From positions 34,180,393 to 34,244,277 of the forward strand of contig NC_068987.1 in the NCBI RefSeq assembly GCF_001194135.2: a DNA stretch of 63,885 nucleotides, given 5' to 3'. Below, piece after piece: positions 12,856-24,975 of the stretch. The position numbers and the translations under genes were made by a program. The number at the start of each line of letters is the position of its first letter. Position 1 is the stretch's first letter. This DNA comes from Octopus bimaculoides. Lineage: Eukaryota. Under the pieces are notes generated by a model. It did not search any database. It had not been told where the DNA came from and saw only the letters and a list, made by a program, of their open reading frames with translations.

Positions 12856-15731
12856 ATTATTATTATTATCATCACTAATATTATTATTTTCACTTTTTTT
12901 TTTACTATTTATCATTGTTAATATTTCCTATCATCCGACATAAATTTTCGCTAATTGTCATTAACATTTTCATATTAGTACTAGGCGCCGAGTGTTGTCT
13001 ATTAGCGGAGACAATTTGATAGAGCTCGTCGTCTATAATTATAAACAAAGAAATATAGTCAAACGAGACGTAGAAACAAACAAAAACTTAATATCCACGC
13101 TTATTACTTCTGGGTTGTGGTATATATTTGTTTAATGCCGTGAGGGTTTTATATATTTAAATCTGTTTAGTGCTTTTGTGATCAATAATGACTAGTTTTT
13201 GTCGTTTGTTCTTATTCGATTCACTTATAAGTGTATGTGCTGCTTTATACATTAATGTCATTTTGAAATATTGAAATGTGTTCAAGTAATACTGGTGTGT
13301 ATACATTATTAATTAGTTTACGTACTTACGTGTTTGTGATGTGTACGTAATCGGGTATAGTCCAATATGTACGTACTCGGATACAGTCCAACACTTTTAA
13401 TGAGTATTACTTACTCGGCTGTAGTCCAGCGCTTTGTCAGTGTGGCGAGCCTGTTTACAGGCGTTGTGCGAGTGACAGAGGGAACACACAGTTAAAATAC
13501 GTCCTTTCATTTGGAAAACAGATAAATTTGAATGAGCATTACTTAGACATAATTCAACACGTTGTCATTTATTTCAGGTTCCATTTGTTGTCTTTATTTC
13601 AGATCAGAGTTTTATCGCTCTCACATGTTAGACGTCTCCGGTGTCTCTTTTTAAACATCCCCAATGCTGTTGTTGTTGTTATTAATATTATTGTTGCTGT
13701 TGTTGTTGTTGTTGATGCTCTTGTTATTATTATTACTATTAAATTTAATATTATAATACTATTATTATTACTATCATTATTATTGTTTGTATGTGTGCAT
13801 GTGTGTGTATGTGTGTGCATGTGTGTGTATGTGTGTGCATGTGTTTTTGAGATCGTTAGTTGAAGAATACTGGTCCGGTAAACAAGTTGTTACTAATACT
13901 CAGTACTGAAAAAGCATAGTTTAGAGAAATATGGAATCAGTATTGTCTTATCATTTCCGCCATATTGAAAAATTCTTGCCAGTGTGTTTGAATGCGGTGT
14001 ATTTATGTCTGATTTATGGATTCTTAGACGGCTTACACACACATACACACACATACCCCCCCACACACACACACATACACACACATACCCCCCCCCACAC
14101 ACACACACATACACACACACATGTATGCATGAGCATATATATTATTATTATTATTATTATAATTATTATTATTACTTTTCATTTTCCTATTAATTCTCCA
14201 CGTGCGGTTAACACAACCCCACTGTTTACTGACATTTATATANNNNNNNNNNNNNNNNNNNNNNNNNNNNNNNNNNNNNNNNNNNNNNNNNNNNNNNNNN
14301 NNNNNNNNNNNNNNNNNNNNNNNNNNNNNNNNNNNNNNNNNNNNNNNNNNNNNNNNNNNNNNNNNNNNNNNNNNNNNNNNNNNNNNNNNNNNNNNNNNNN
14401 NNNNNNNNNNNNNNNNNNNNNNNNNNNNNNNNNNNNNNNNNNNNNNNNNNNNNNNNNNNNNNNNNNNNNNNNNNNNNNNNNNNNNNNNNNNNNNNNNNNN
14501 NNNNNNNNNNNNNNNNNNNNNNNNNNNNNNNNNNNNNNNNNNNNNNNNNNNNNNNNNNNNNNNNNNNNNNNNNNNNNNNNNNNNNNNNNNNNNNNNNNNN
14601 NNNNNNNNNNNNNNNNNNNNNNNNNNNNNNNNNNNNNNNNNNNNNNNNNNNNNNNNNNNNNNNNNNNNNNNNNNNNNNNNNNNNNNNNNNNNNNNNNNNN
14701 NNNNNNNNNNNNNNNNNNNNNNNNNNNNNNNNNNNNNNNNNNNNNNNNNNNNNNNNNNNNNNNNNNNNNNNNNNNNNNNNNNNNNNNNNNNNNNNNNNNN
14801 NNNNNNNNNNNNNNNNNNNNNNNNNNNNNNNNNNNNNNNNNNNNNNNNNNNNNNNNNNNNNNNNNNNNNNNNNNNNNNNNNNNNNNNNNNNNNNNNNNNN
14901 NNNNNNNNNNNNNNNNNNNNNNNNNNNNNNNNNNNNNNNNNNNNNNNNNNNNNNNNNNNNNNNNNNNNNNNNNNNNNNNNNNNNNNNNNNNNNNNNNNNN
15001 NNNNNNNNNNNNNNNNNNNNNNNNNNNNNNNNNNNNNNNNNNNNNNNNNNNNNNNNNNNNNNNNNNNNNNNNNNNNNNNNNNNNNNNNNNNNNNNNNNNN
15101 NNNNNNNNNNNNNNNNNNNNNNNNNNNNNNNNNNNNNNNNNNNNNNNNNNNNNNNNNNNNNNNNNNNNNNNNNNNNNNNNNNNNNNNNNNNATATGTGTG
15201 TGCGTGTGTATGTGCGTGTGTGTATGAGTGAGTGAGTGAGTGAGTAAGTGAATGCGTGTATGTATGCGTGTGTTTGTGCGTGTATATATATAAACGAATG
15301 CGACAAACACAAACGTTTATGCACACGAATTTTTATATGTATGAACAAATTGAAGTGCAATTTCAACTGAAAATTTACTGATTCCTATCGTTTTTCTTTC
15401 TTTACAAATTTGTATCGTTGATAATGTAAGTTTTCTTGCTTCTGATTATCATTTAGTTTGAAATAACCTGAAGGTATCAATCTACATATTATCTACATCA
15501 ATACCGTCTTTAATATATTCACAATCAACGCTAATGTTTCAAGGCATATTTAAATATATCTCATAACTTTAGATTCTAATTAGAAAACACGGAATTGCCA
15601 AATACCAGAATTGATGTGCTAATAAATATTAAATTATGATGCACAAAATATTATATAATTTTTAGATTAGAAAGAATTTGGATATAATATTTTATAGCCA
15701 TTACAATATTATATATACTTTTATATATGCA

Positions 15732-15762
<31 letters not shown>

Positions 15763-16125
15763 NNNNNNNNNNNNNNNNNNNNNNNNNNNNNNNNNNNNNN
15801 NNNNNNNNNNNNNNNNNNNNNNNNNNNNNNNNNNNNNNNNNNNNNNNNNNNNNNNNNNNNNNNNNNNNNNNNNNNNNNNNNNNNNNNNNNNNNNNNNNNN
15901 NNNNNNNNNNNNNNNNNNNNNNNNNNNNNNNNNNNNNNNNNNNNNNNNNNNNNNNNNNNNNNNNNNNNNNNNNNNNNNNNNNNNNNNNNNNNNNNNNNNN
16001 NNNNNNNNNNNNNNNNNNNNGTTGTATTTCGGGGTGGTCATGTTGCCAGGTTAGCCAATAAAAACACACACACTATATCTTTGGTGTTAATTTGCTTCAC
16101 CTTTATTTTACATTAATCGTATTTC

Positions 16126-16170
16126 GGCAAGATTTCTTTCGTCACACTTCTTTGACCTCATCAGTGGTCC
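16126..16170 (-). ncRNA. Hammerhead motif, left arm of H2 (degenerate)
   Basis: Minus strand: GGACCA-CTGATGA-G-GTCAA-AGAAGT-GTGAC-GAAA-GAAA-TC-TTGCC. Confidence 0.55.
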
Positions 16171-16577
16171 TTTGCTTACTTCTTTCCTATTTGTGTGTCT
16201 TTCCTCACTAACAATCAGCCATTTTGTATTTTGTATTCTATTGTATGTGTCTTTATTTGCGCATGCGTATCCCCTATATGTGCCTATGTTTTGTAAGTGC
16301 GTGCGTGTGTATGGGCAGCGCCTGTATTAACTGTATCCCCTGTTTATACACGTTCATTTGATATGTTTTGATTTATTTGTTCATGTGTTTATGCCTAGTT
16401 ATTAATCCTTTTTTATAGTTTTTTTTTGTTTGTATACACACGCACACCCTTGCTAAACATAGACACGCATAGGGGGATACGCATGCGTAAATAAAGACAC
16501 ATACAATAGGAATACAAAATACAAAATGGCTGATTGTTAGTAAGGAAAGACATACAAATAGGAAAGAAGAAAGCAAA

Positions 16578-16622
16578 GGTCCACTGACGAGGTCACAGAA
16601 GTGTGACGAAAGAACTCTGGCC
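16578..16622 (+). ncRNA. Minimal type I hammerhead motif, right arm of H2 (core intact)
   Basis: GGTCCA-CTGACGA-G-GTCAC-AGAAGT-GTGAC-GAAA-GAAC-TC-TGGCC. Helix II is 5 bp, helix I is CCA/TGG plus GG/CC after a bulge; predicted cleavage after C16617. Confidence 0.7.
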
Positions 16623-16831
16623 GAAATACGATTAATGTAAAATTAAGGTGAAGCAAATTAATATTAAAGATATAGTGCGTATGATTTTATTGGCTAAACT
16701 GGCAACATGACCATACCCAAATACAACAATTTCTGTTTCAAAACACGATTTCACATCAAGAATCTTCCAAAACGAATATATAAACGTAATATTCATATAT
16801 ATATATATATATATATGCGTATTCATACCTT

Positions 16832-16907
16832 GACTCTGATGAAGGAATACCCAGTCCAAAGACATGTTAACCTACCAATTCGGTTATCTCAGAAACGGCT
16901 GTAAAAC
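16832..16907 (+). ncRNA. Degenerate hammerhead-like motif
   Basis: CTGATGA (16836-42), imperfect GGAATACC/GGTTATCT stem, GAAA (16892-95), near-palindrome ACGGCTGT, GTA triplet. Helix I is poor. Confidence 0.35.
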
Positions 16908-17180
16908 TTCTAATTCTCCTTACTCTAATTGAATTATTCTAAATGAATTGAGATACTTGTTCTGACTTGGTTTTGAATGCTCCTCTAATGTATATGTATG
17001 CTATAACGGACCCCTGACATGGATCCCTAGACTTACCATAACACTTACCCTGCGTACATATTCGTTTAGATCACAAGTGATCTAAATCGCTCAATTTTTT
17101 AATATATGTATATACATATGCATATATATGTTTGTGTGAGTGTGTCTGTGTATGTGTGTGTGAGTGTATATATTTATGTA

Positions 17181-17237
<57 letters not shown>

Positions 17238-17558
17238 CAATACAGTGTAGTATATACTGGAATTGATAGATATGAAAGCGGCTATTCAGCATGCAATAGT
17301 TTAATGGAAAAGAGTAGTAACGTATTTTTTCTAAAATTAATATATAGAATACATATTGCAGTAATGCATTTATTGAAATGTATATTCATTTACGATTCTC
17401 TACATAACAAATTAAAAATATATCCTAAAGTCTATGTCTACAATGCAAAATGCTTCTTGTTATTTTGTGATAATGTGCGTATACAGTGTAATGTAGAAGA
17501 AAACGATAAATGGTATGCATTAATATTACACAATACTCATGAAAACACATACATATAC

Positions 17559-18853
17559 AAATCGCCGCTGAGTTTAATGTATAAATGTTTTACTGATAAA
17601 TTTGAACACGGGTGATCGGTTTATATCTGATATATTTCATTTACCGTCACAAACTGTAAATTTGTCCAACTCAGTTGAAGGTGAAACTCCAAACTGCTAG
17701 GCTCTCTACGTGTGTTGATTATTAAACAAATTTGTCCACCTATATCTTCTGTGTCTCATGCTTAACTTGGTTCAGTCCTTTGACTGCGGCTATGCTGAGG
17801 TACCGCCTTGGGGGGAACTTTTAATTGAACCAATCGACACCGGGTCTAATTTCTTAAGGTTTAGTACTTATTATATCAGTCACTTTTGCTGAAGCGCTAA
17901 TTTAACGTAATAATAACGTAATAATAACGTAATAATAACGTAAACACACCGACACTGGTTGTCAAGCCGTGGAGAGGACAAACACAGACACAACAACTCA
18001 CACACATAAATATATGCATATATACGCCAGACCTCTCTCAGTATTCACCTACCAAATCCATCCACAATGCTTTGGTCGGTCCGTGGCAATAGTAGAAGAA
18101 ACTTGCCCAAGATGCCACACAGGGGGTGAATCCAGAATCATGTAGTTAGGAAGCAAGCTTCTTACCACAAAGTCTCGAAATTAGTTTTAAAGTAGATGTC
18201 AGATAACCTGGCGGTTATATGGAGAGAAACGGGTGTGTTACCTTTAGCTTTGCTCGGCAACATGTTATTTCAGATTATCTTACATCGAATGCCTAAAGAA
18301 ATATTAGACCACATCTGGCATCTGCTGATTGTAATATACTGATGATTAAATATTTGCTAGAAACCTCATTTGCTTTTGATTAAATGTATCTAACAGTTAT
18401 GTGTGTATATCTGTGTGCATATGGGATGTGTGTGTGTATGTGCCTGTGCGTGCCCGCATGTTTGGGTTTGCGTCTATGAGCATATTTGTGTACGCGGTAA
18501 TAGCGTTTGGGATATGTCATCAATACTCCAATATGAATAGTTCATTGTAAACAATCTGAGAACCATCTGGACTGAAAAATCGTTATTTTCCGTTTATTTC
18601 GTGGTTAGTTCTATTCTTGTTTTTTCCTAAAAGCGGGCGGAGAATTGAGTTTGAGCCAGCAAAAAAATGTGTATACAGCGAAGTCAAATCGCCGCTGAGT
18701 TGATGTACAAATGTTTTACTGATACATTTGTACATGATCGGTTTATATGATATATTTCATTTACCGTCACAAAATGTAAATATATTTGTGCAACTCAGTT
18801 GAAGGTGAAACTCCAAACTGCTAGGCTTTCTACGTGTGTTGATTATTCAACAA
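17559..18853. repeat. About 170-bp direct repeat (17559-17729 and 18686-18853)
   Basis: Both copies contain AAATCGCCGCTGAGTT...CAACTCAGTTGAAGGTGAAACTCCAAACTGCTAGGCT.TCTACGTGTGTTGATTATT. Confidence 0.9.
17762..18172 (-). mobile_element. SINE-F1 copy, diverged, with an internal 11-bp tandem (AACGTAATAAT)x3
   Basis: Colinear with 18925-19308. Confidence 0.8.
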
Positions 18854-18924
18854 TATCTCTTCTCTGTAGATTCTTCTGACTTAGAGCCCTTATCATGTGC
18901 TTCCTATTTAGGAATATAATTTAG

Positions 18925-19308
18925 ATTCTTTTATTCTTTTATTTGATTCAGTTATCTGACTGCGTACATGCTGGAGTACTGCCTTTGGTCGAACGAATCG
19001 ACCAGAGGACTAATTCTTTGTGAGAGTAGTACTTATTCTATGGCTCTTTTATCGAACCTCAAAGTTACGGGGACGTAAATACATTGGTTGTCAAGCGATG
19101 ATGGGGGACAAACGTAGACAGACACCCTCACACACGTATATATACGACAGGGTTCCTCTCAGTCTCTGTCGATCAAATCCACTCACAAGGCTTTGGTCGG
19201 TCCATGGCTATAGTAGAAGACAATTGCCCAATGTGCCACGTAGTAGAACTGAACCCGGAACCATGTGGTTGGTAAGCAAGCTACTTACAACACAGCCACT
19301 CCTGCGCC
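18925..19308 (-). mobile_element. Near full-length tRNA-derived SINE (SINE-F1) with a CORE-like segment
   Basis: Minus-strand head GGCGCAGGAGTGGCTGTGTTGTAAG...GGTTCCGGGTTCAGTTC (A/B-box-like); TTGGGCAATTGTCTTCTACTATAGCC resembles the CORE domain; A-rich repeat tail. Confidence 0.8.
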
Positions 19309-20899
19309 TATATATGAAATAATTTTGTACATTTTTATGGTAAAACACAATTTGCTGCACATAGACACTTTCTGCGTGCAAAGTGAAGATTGGTATGTAG
19401 GAGTTAGATTGCTCCACTGAAGATCGTAAACATTGGGGTGGAATTCATGAACAGGTAAGTGTTTTGCATCATAGATCAAGCCGTTTTCCCACTGTTCCTG
19501 TTTACTCAACTCATAGCGAATACGACAATGATGCTGGAACATCTGGGAATCCTTCTTATTTTCATTAACCATTTATGCAGCTATGATAGCGCTGTGAGGC
19601 TCCCTATGGCTTACCCCCCACTACACTGAAACTTGAAACAATTAGCCAAAGCATGGTACATGTGAGCAATTAACTCTCCATATTAGAATTATATTATATG
19701 CTAGAAATAGCAGAAATATGTTCCTGACGTTTCACACTCTTGTCTAAAACTGGAATTGCATATTTGGTAATGGAATCATCGATTAAGGATGAGAGGAAGA
19801 TTATATAGCCACAGTTGAAAATCTTTTGACCAAAGGTCTGACCTAAATCTGAATAGCTACAAAAGAAATCATGAAATTATCGGTTAGTGTAAACACTAAT
19901 ATCGTGATATTCCCAATGATCACACGTTCACTTGTATTGAACTCGTTATTATTCACCTCACATATTTTTGAATATGATCTTTTGTTAGAGTATCCCCAAC
20001 AACAAAAATGCTGTGTACTTTGAAGATACAATCAACGTATTCAGAGCCTCTGGTGAATGTGTACAAATCTGTAAGTATCTGTAAATGTGTGTAATTATAT
20101 GTGTGTATGTATATCTGTGCGTGTGTTTACGTGCGTGTGTGTTTGTGTATCTATGTGTGTTGATATGCATATACATATATCTATATCTATATATATATAC
20201 ACATGTATGTGTGTGTATTTATAAATATTATAAAATTTAGTGTTTGCCTATGACACACATTTGCGTATTGTTATGTACGTGTGCCTACACACATATATAA
20301 AGTGAAAGAAAGAAAGAAAGAAAGAAAGAAACATATATGTATGGCCAAAAAGAGTTGAGAGTGATATGAAAGTTGAAAGAAGGCCTCAAATCTTTTAGCG
20401 TGCGACGATATTAAAAAAAAAAGAAATATATATTCCAACTGAAAAAGAAAGTTATGACACCACCCCAAGTGCCAGTTCAATGAATAACAATATATATTGT
20501 TCGCTTTCCTCTTCACTTCACAAAATTATATTAGCAAATCTACTCGCCTTATCGCAGGTTAACGCTAGTTTTGTAAGTCTCACAATGTATACAATCTTAA
20601 AAATGTAAAACATAAAACCCTAAGAAAATCAAAACAAACTGACCAACACATAAAAAGAAAATTATTTATGGATTTTTCAGTGAATGTCCAATTCTTACAA
20701 TGTCTTTGACTGAACACTTGATCAAAGCAGTAGAGTTACATTAACTTACACATCTATTTCGAAAAGATTGACAAGATTAGGGCATTTATATCGGGAAGTG
20801 CTAAGTCCAAAATATTGTTTCTAGTACTAATCAATACCCTTGTCTCTAATAAATATACATATATTGTGTTGCTTCTCTCCCTTTCTCATTTTGATACCC

Positions 20900-20945
<46 letters not shown>

Positions 20946-22069
20946 TACTGCTTTATTTCTTTGCTGTTGTTGCTGTTCTTTATATATATATTTTTTCATA
21001 TTACTTCAGGTTTTCTATTTGATGTATGTAAGAGAACAGTGATTGTTGTTGTCGGTGATTTTGTTATTTATTCTATTGATATATTGTTAACGATCTTTAG
21101 GTAAATGTGTTTAATATGATAACCTTGCAGATGGGTGGAGGTCACGCATACACATTTTTATTACTAATATTAGAGAATGCGATGTTTATCAATAACGATT
21201 TCACAGAACTATCACAAATACACGGCAGCACAAAAACTCACACGGGCTTGAGAAACACATTGAATATATTCACATGCTTAAAGTAACAAAGGAATACCTA
21301 TCAACGACTAACGCTCAGTCGTGCATATACATATGCATACTGAAGTACACCTACTTCTTCTAATATATACTAACACACCACTAAATTGAATAGAAGCCTA
21401 CTTAGGAATATGCGGTTGGTGAACCAAAGATATATGCATATGAAGTCAGGTATAAGTACTTCTATACAATGAAGCCGACAGAGACACACGCAGACCTAAA
21501 TGCACTTACACAATACACACATACACAATATATACATGAATATATAAATATGCATATCCCTCAGATAGTTATTCAAGTGAAGATCGAGTATTTTACACAG
21601 TTCTTTACCCCTGCACCATTTCTGCTGTTATCTCATTTTTTCCTGGCGCTTTTTTTCTGATTTCATGCGTGAGAAAATTTTCTGTTTCAGTGACAAGAAG
21701 CAATGGCGCTTCTTCCAGCTTTTCTGACGGTGGAGGATCAAGTTTCACTGATGGTTTTCAACGACTGTTGTCAAAGTGATGCCTCTTCCATCTCCCCTTT
21801 GTCTGTCACCACGAGGCCATCCCTGTTCTCAAGCCCCGACACCAACCATCAGCCCTCAACTGCATCTTTTTAAACTTTTCTTTCCTTGAAACCTGCATGA
21901 ACTTCTACATTTTATGATTCTCAGCATAATTTTCTACATGTCTGATTGCCTTTCATACAAAGGTACTCGACGTACCCTTTCATATTTCTCTTCATATTTT
22001 TCCGTTTCTCCAGCATCTTCTTCCTCACCTCCGATATTTTTTCCTATAGGCTGCATTGTAAGTCTCGAT

Positions 22070-22500
22070 GTGGAAATACTCGAATACCATCTCATACACT
22101 CATACGAAAGGTGACAACGATGATTAGGGAAACTATTATTGCTTCACCTCTATAAGCGATTTACATAGATAATAGCCACCAGACTATCAAAACACTCGAT
22201 GATCATCAGATAAAGGAACAAGCAGGATTTCCCTAAGAACTAGAGTACGATGAATCACATATTCACTCTAATAAAGCTTAAAGAACGAGCGGACAACACA
22301 AGCTGCCTCTGTAGTTCTTTTACCTCGGATACGCAAAGATCTTCGATAGCATCAAATAGAACATGATGTGTAAATCTCTGGAAATGCAAGGCATGGAAGC
22401 GCAATACTTAAAACTGCATACCGATTCAAACACGGTAAATACATCAGGGGTAATTTTTGCTATTGTTACCAGTAAGAGTTCCAGTTAGGAAGGACATTCT
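22070..22500 (+). mobile_element. RTE-clade LINE reverse-transcriptase N-terminal relic
   Basis: Frameshifted translation gives KGDNDD.GNY..., TLDDHQIKEQAGF, STMNHIFTLIKLKERA and YAKIFDSIK (RT domains 1-3). Confidence 0.65.
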
Positions 22501-22555
22501 CTGTCTCTCTCTGTCTCTGTCTCTGTCTGTCTGTCTGTCTGCCTCNNNNNNNNNN

Positions 22556-22596
<41 letters not shown>

Positions 22597-22609
22597 TCAA
22601 AGCTCTCCA

Positions 22610-23110
22610 TCGTTAGAAATGGTAATCAAAACGTCTGAACAAGTTGTGAAAATATCAACTGGGTGATATCAACACACTCCTGATTGCATAAGACATCGTA
22701 TTTATCAACAAAATCACAAATCAGCTACAGAACAGGCTGAGAGATCAACAATGCTGGATCAAAGATTTAGCATGCCCAGCTAACAACAGGGTTTGCAATA
22801 AGAAAGGAAGAAAAGTCGATAGATATGGCAGGTTAAAAATCTTGAGAAGCACATGGAAAAAAATGGGGCTGCAATAAGGTGGTAGTAGTACCAATAATTG
22901 TCGGAGCCTCGGGAACAGTGAGTAAAAATCTTGAGAAGTTCATGGAACAAATAGCGGCTACAATAAGGGTGGAGCATTTACAAAAAACAGCACTGCTTGG
23001 AACCGTTCTTTTAATCCAGATGGTGCTCGAAAAATAAGAGGTACCTTAGTTCACTGGTAGTGAACATCTGGCACCGTAGTACGTCACCAGTGTTAGAAGC
23101 TGTGCAAGGA
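22610..23110 (+). mobile_element. R4/Dong REL C-terminal fragment and 3' UTR (same family as 10645-12855) with a small internal duplication
   Basis: VVVVPIIVGASGTVSKNLEKFMEQIAATIRVEHLQKTALLGT; 3' UTR CCTTAGTTCACTGGTAGTGAACA matches 10700-10720 in reverse; 22834-22888 duplicates 22922-22975. Confidence 0.8.
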
Positions 23111-23516
23111 CAATCCTTTTCATTGCAAAAAGTCCTACTGTATTCTCCAACTGGACAGACGAATGAACATGCAAAGAAAACATTAACAGTTTTAATATAT
23201 CACTTAAATGCGCAAACACACCTTCTATTGCAACAACACAAATGAATTAAGAAATTCAAACATTCAACGACGTGAATATCATTATATATGTGTGTGTGTA
23301 TGCGGNNNNNNNNNNNNNNNNNNNNNNNNNNNNNNNNNNNNNNNNNNNNNNNNNNNNNNNNNNNNNNNNNNNNNNNNNNNNNNNNNNNNNNNNNNNNNNN
23401 NNNNNNNNNNNNNNNNNNNNNNNNNNNNNNNNNNNNNNNNNNNNNNNNNNNNNNNNNNNNNNNNNNNNNNNNNNNNNNNNNNNNNNATAATAATAATAAT
23501 AATAACAATAACAATG

Positions 23517-23611
<95 letters not shown>

Positions 23612-23612
23612 T

Positions 23613-24490
23613 TTAGCTAACGGCATCTGGCTTAAAATCTGAAACAGAAAGGTTTATCATAGCAGCTCAATACCAATGCCTACGTACATGGAACTACCAG
23701 GCCAACATATTACGACTTGCACGACAGCTTCCCAACATGCCGTGTATGGCAACTACACAATGAGATTTTTGATCATGTTGTCTCCATGTGCAGTCTACAG
23801 AGTATCTGAACAGTCATGATAGAGCTGCACAATATATTCATTGGGTAATTTTCAAAAACCTGGACTTGCCCCATGATAAAAACTGGTTGGAACATAAACC
23901 ACCTCCAGTGCTTGTACATGATCACATTGCACTTTTCTGGAACTTAACCATTCAAACTGACAGAAATATAGATGCAAATAGGCCAGACATCGTATTGAAA
24001 GACATCAGACAAAAAGCATGCCTCCTCATTGATATGACTGTCCCAATCGATATTACCGTATTTGTCAAGACCTACAAAAAACTGAGCAAGTATAAAGATC
24101 TTGAAATAGAAATTAACAAGATGTGGAACCTGAAGACTAAAACGACACCTGTTCTCATAGGTGCCCTAGGAATGATAGCAAAAGGGGCTGATTGCTACCT
24201 AGCTCAGATACCAGGAAACCTCAAAATGGCAGAAATTCAAACGATAGTGCTCATCGGAACTGCTCATATCTTACGCAAAAAACTTTTGTATGTAATCTCA
24301 AATTTTAAAACAAACATAATTTTCTTATGGTTTCTTAAACATTCTTTAGAAGAACACTATGTACAGAACCAAATATATGGCACACTAGGCATAACACCAA
24401 CATGAACTTCTAACTTGTTGTCTCTTGAGGTCTCTGAGTGAGACTTGGAGCCAACTTGTACAAATGTAAAGCAAGTCAAATATAAAATAA
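23613..24490 (+). mobile_element. R4/Dong LINE 3' fragment (zinc knuckle plus REL endonuclease) inserted between (AAT)n tracts
   Basis: ORF 23788-24405: HDRAAQYIHW...IQTDRNIDANRPDIVL...LLIDMTVP...KLSKYKDLEIEINKMW...PVLIGALG...LIGTAHILRK, canonical REL motifs. Confidence 0.92.
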
Positions 24491-24529
24491 TAATGACAAT
24501 AAATAATAATAATGTTAATGATGATAATA

Positions 24530-24975
24530 ATAGAGGACTTATTGGATGCGAATACAACATTAGAACAGAAGAAAACAACATAGCATGGTATGTAGAAAAA
24601 TGCCACAGAACCACTATTATTAAGAGTAAGAAGCTCAGGCTTGTGAAAGATGAATTATTGCAAACATCAAGCACTGTACAAGCTATTAAAAAGGAAAAAA
24701 AAACGAGTGAAACTAAAAATAGGTGGGTAAAGATAAGAATGCATGGACAATTTCATAGTGATGTTGAAGTTAAGACAGTTAGAGAAAAAAAGATGGCTGT
24801 GGATGATTAAAAGTGATTTAAAAGCCGAAACGGAGGCTCTAATCTGTGCAGCCCAAGAACAAGCACAAATTACGTAATATACAGAACAGACAACACAGGA
24901 GAAAGTGATAAGTGCAGAATGTTTGGACAAAATGGTGAAACTGTATGGCATATTACCACTCAATGTACGCCTAAT
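24530..24975 (+). mobile_element. R4/Dong LINE internal fragment (RT thumb to CCHC knuckle) bounded by AAT repeats
   Basis: RGLIGCEYNIRTEENNIAWYV...MHGQF...WLWMIKSDLKAETEALICAAQEQ...CRMFGQNGETVWHITTQC. Confidence 0.85.

Larger units (their letters stand above)
16021..16727. mobile_element. Long inverted repeat (arms about 16021-16312 and 16434-16727, 121-bp spacer) carrying a hammerhead in each arm (family H2)
   Basis: Arms are reverse complements with scattered substitutions, e.g. GTTGTATTTCGGGGTGGTCATGTTGCC vs GGCAACATGACCATACCCAAATACAAC. Confidence 0.9.

Noticed and set aside
13931-15366. Long ORFs (up to 434 aa) here and at other gaps
   Set aside because: They consist of X from N gaps plus translated microsatellites (YIYI, THTH, NNNN, IIII).
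19401-19460. 54-nt micro-exon (ELDCSTEDRKHWGGIHEQ) before CAG|GTAAGT
   Set aside because: The acceptor lacks a polypyrimidine tract and the peptide is unrecognised; compatible with chance.
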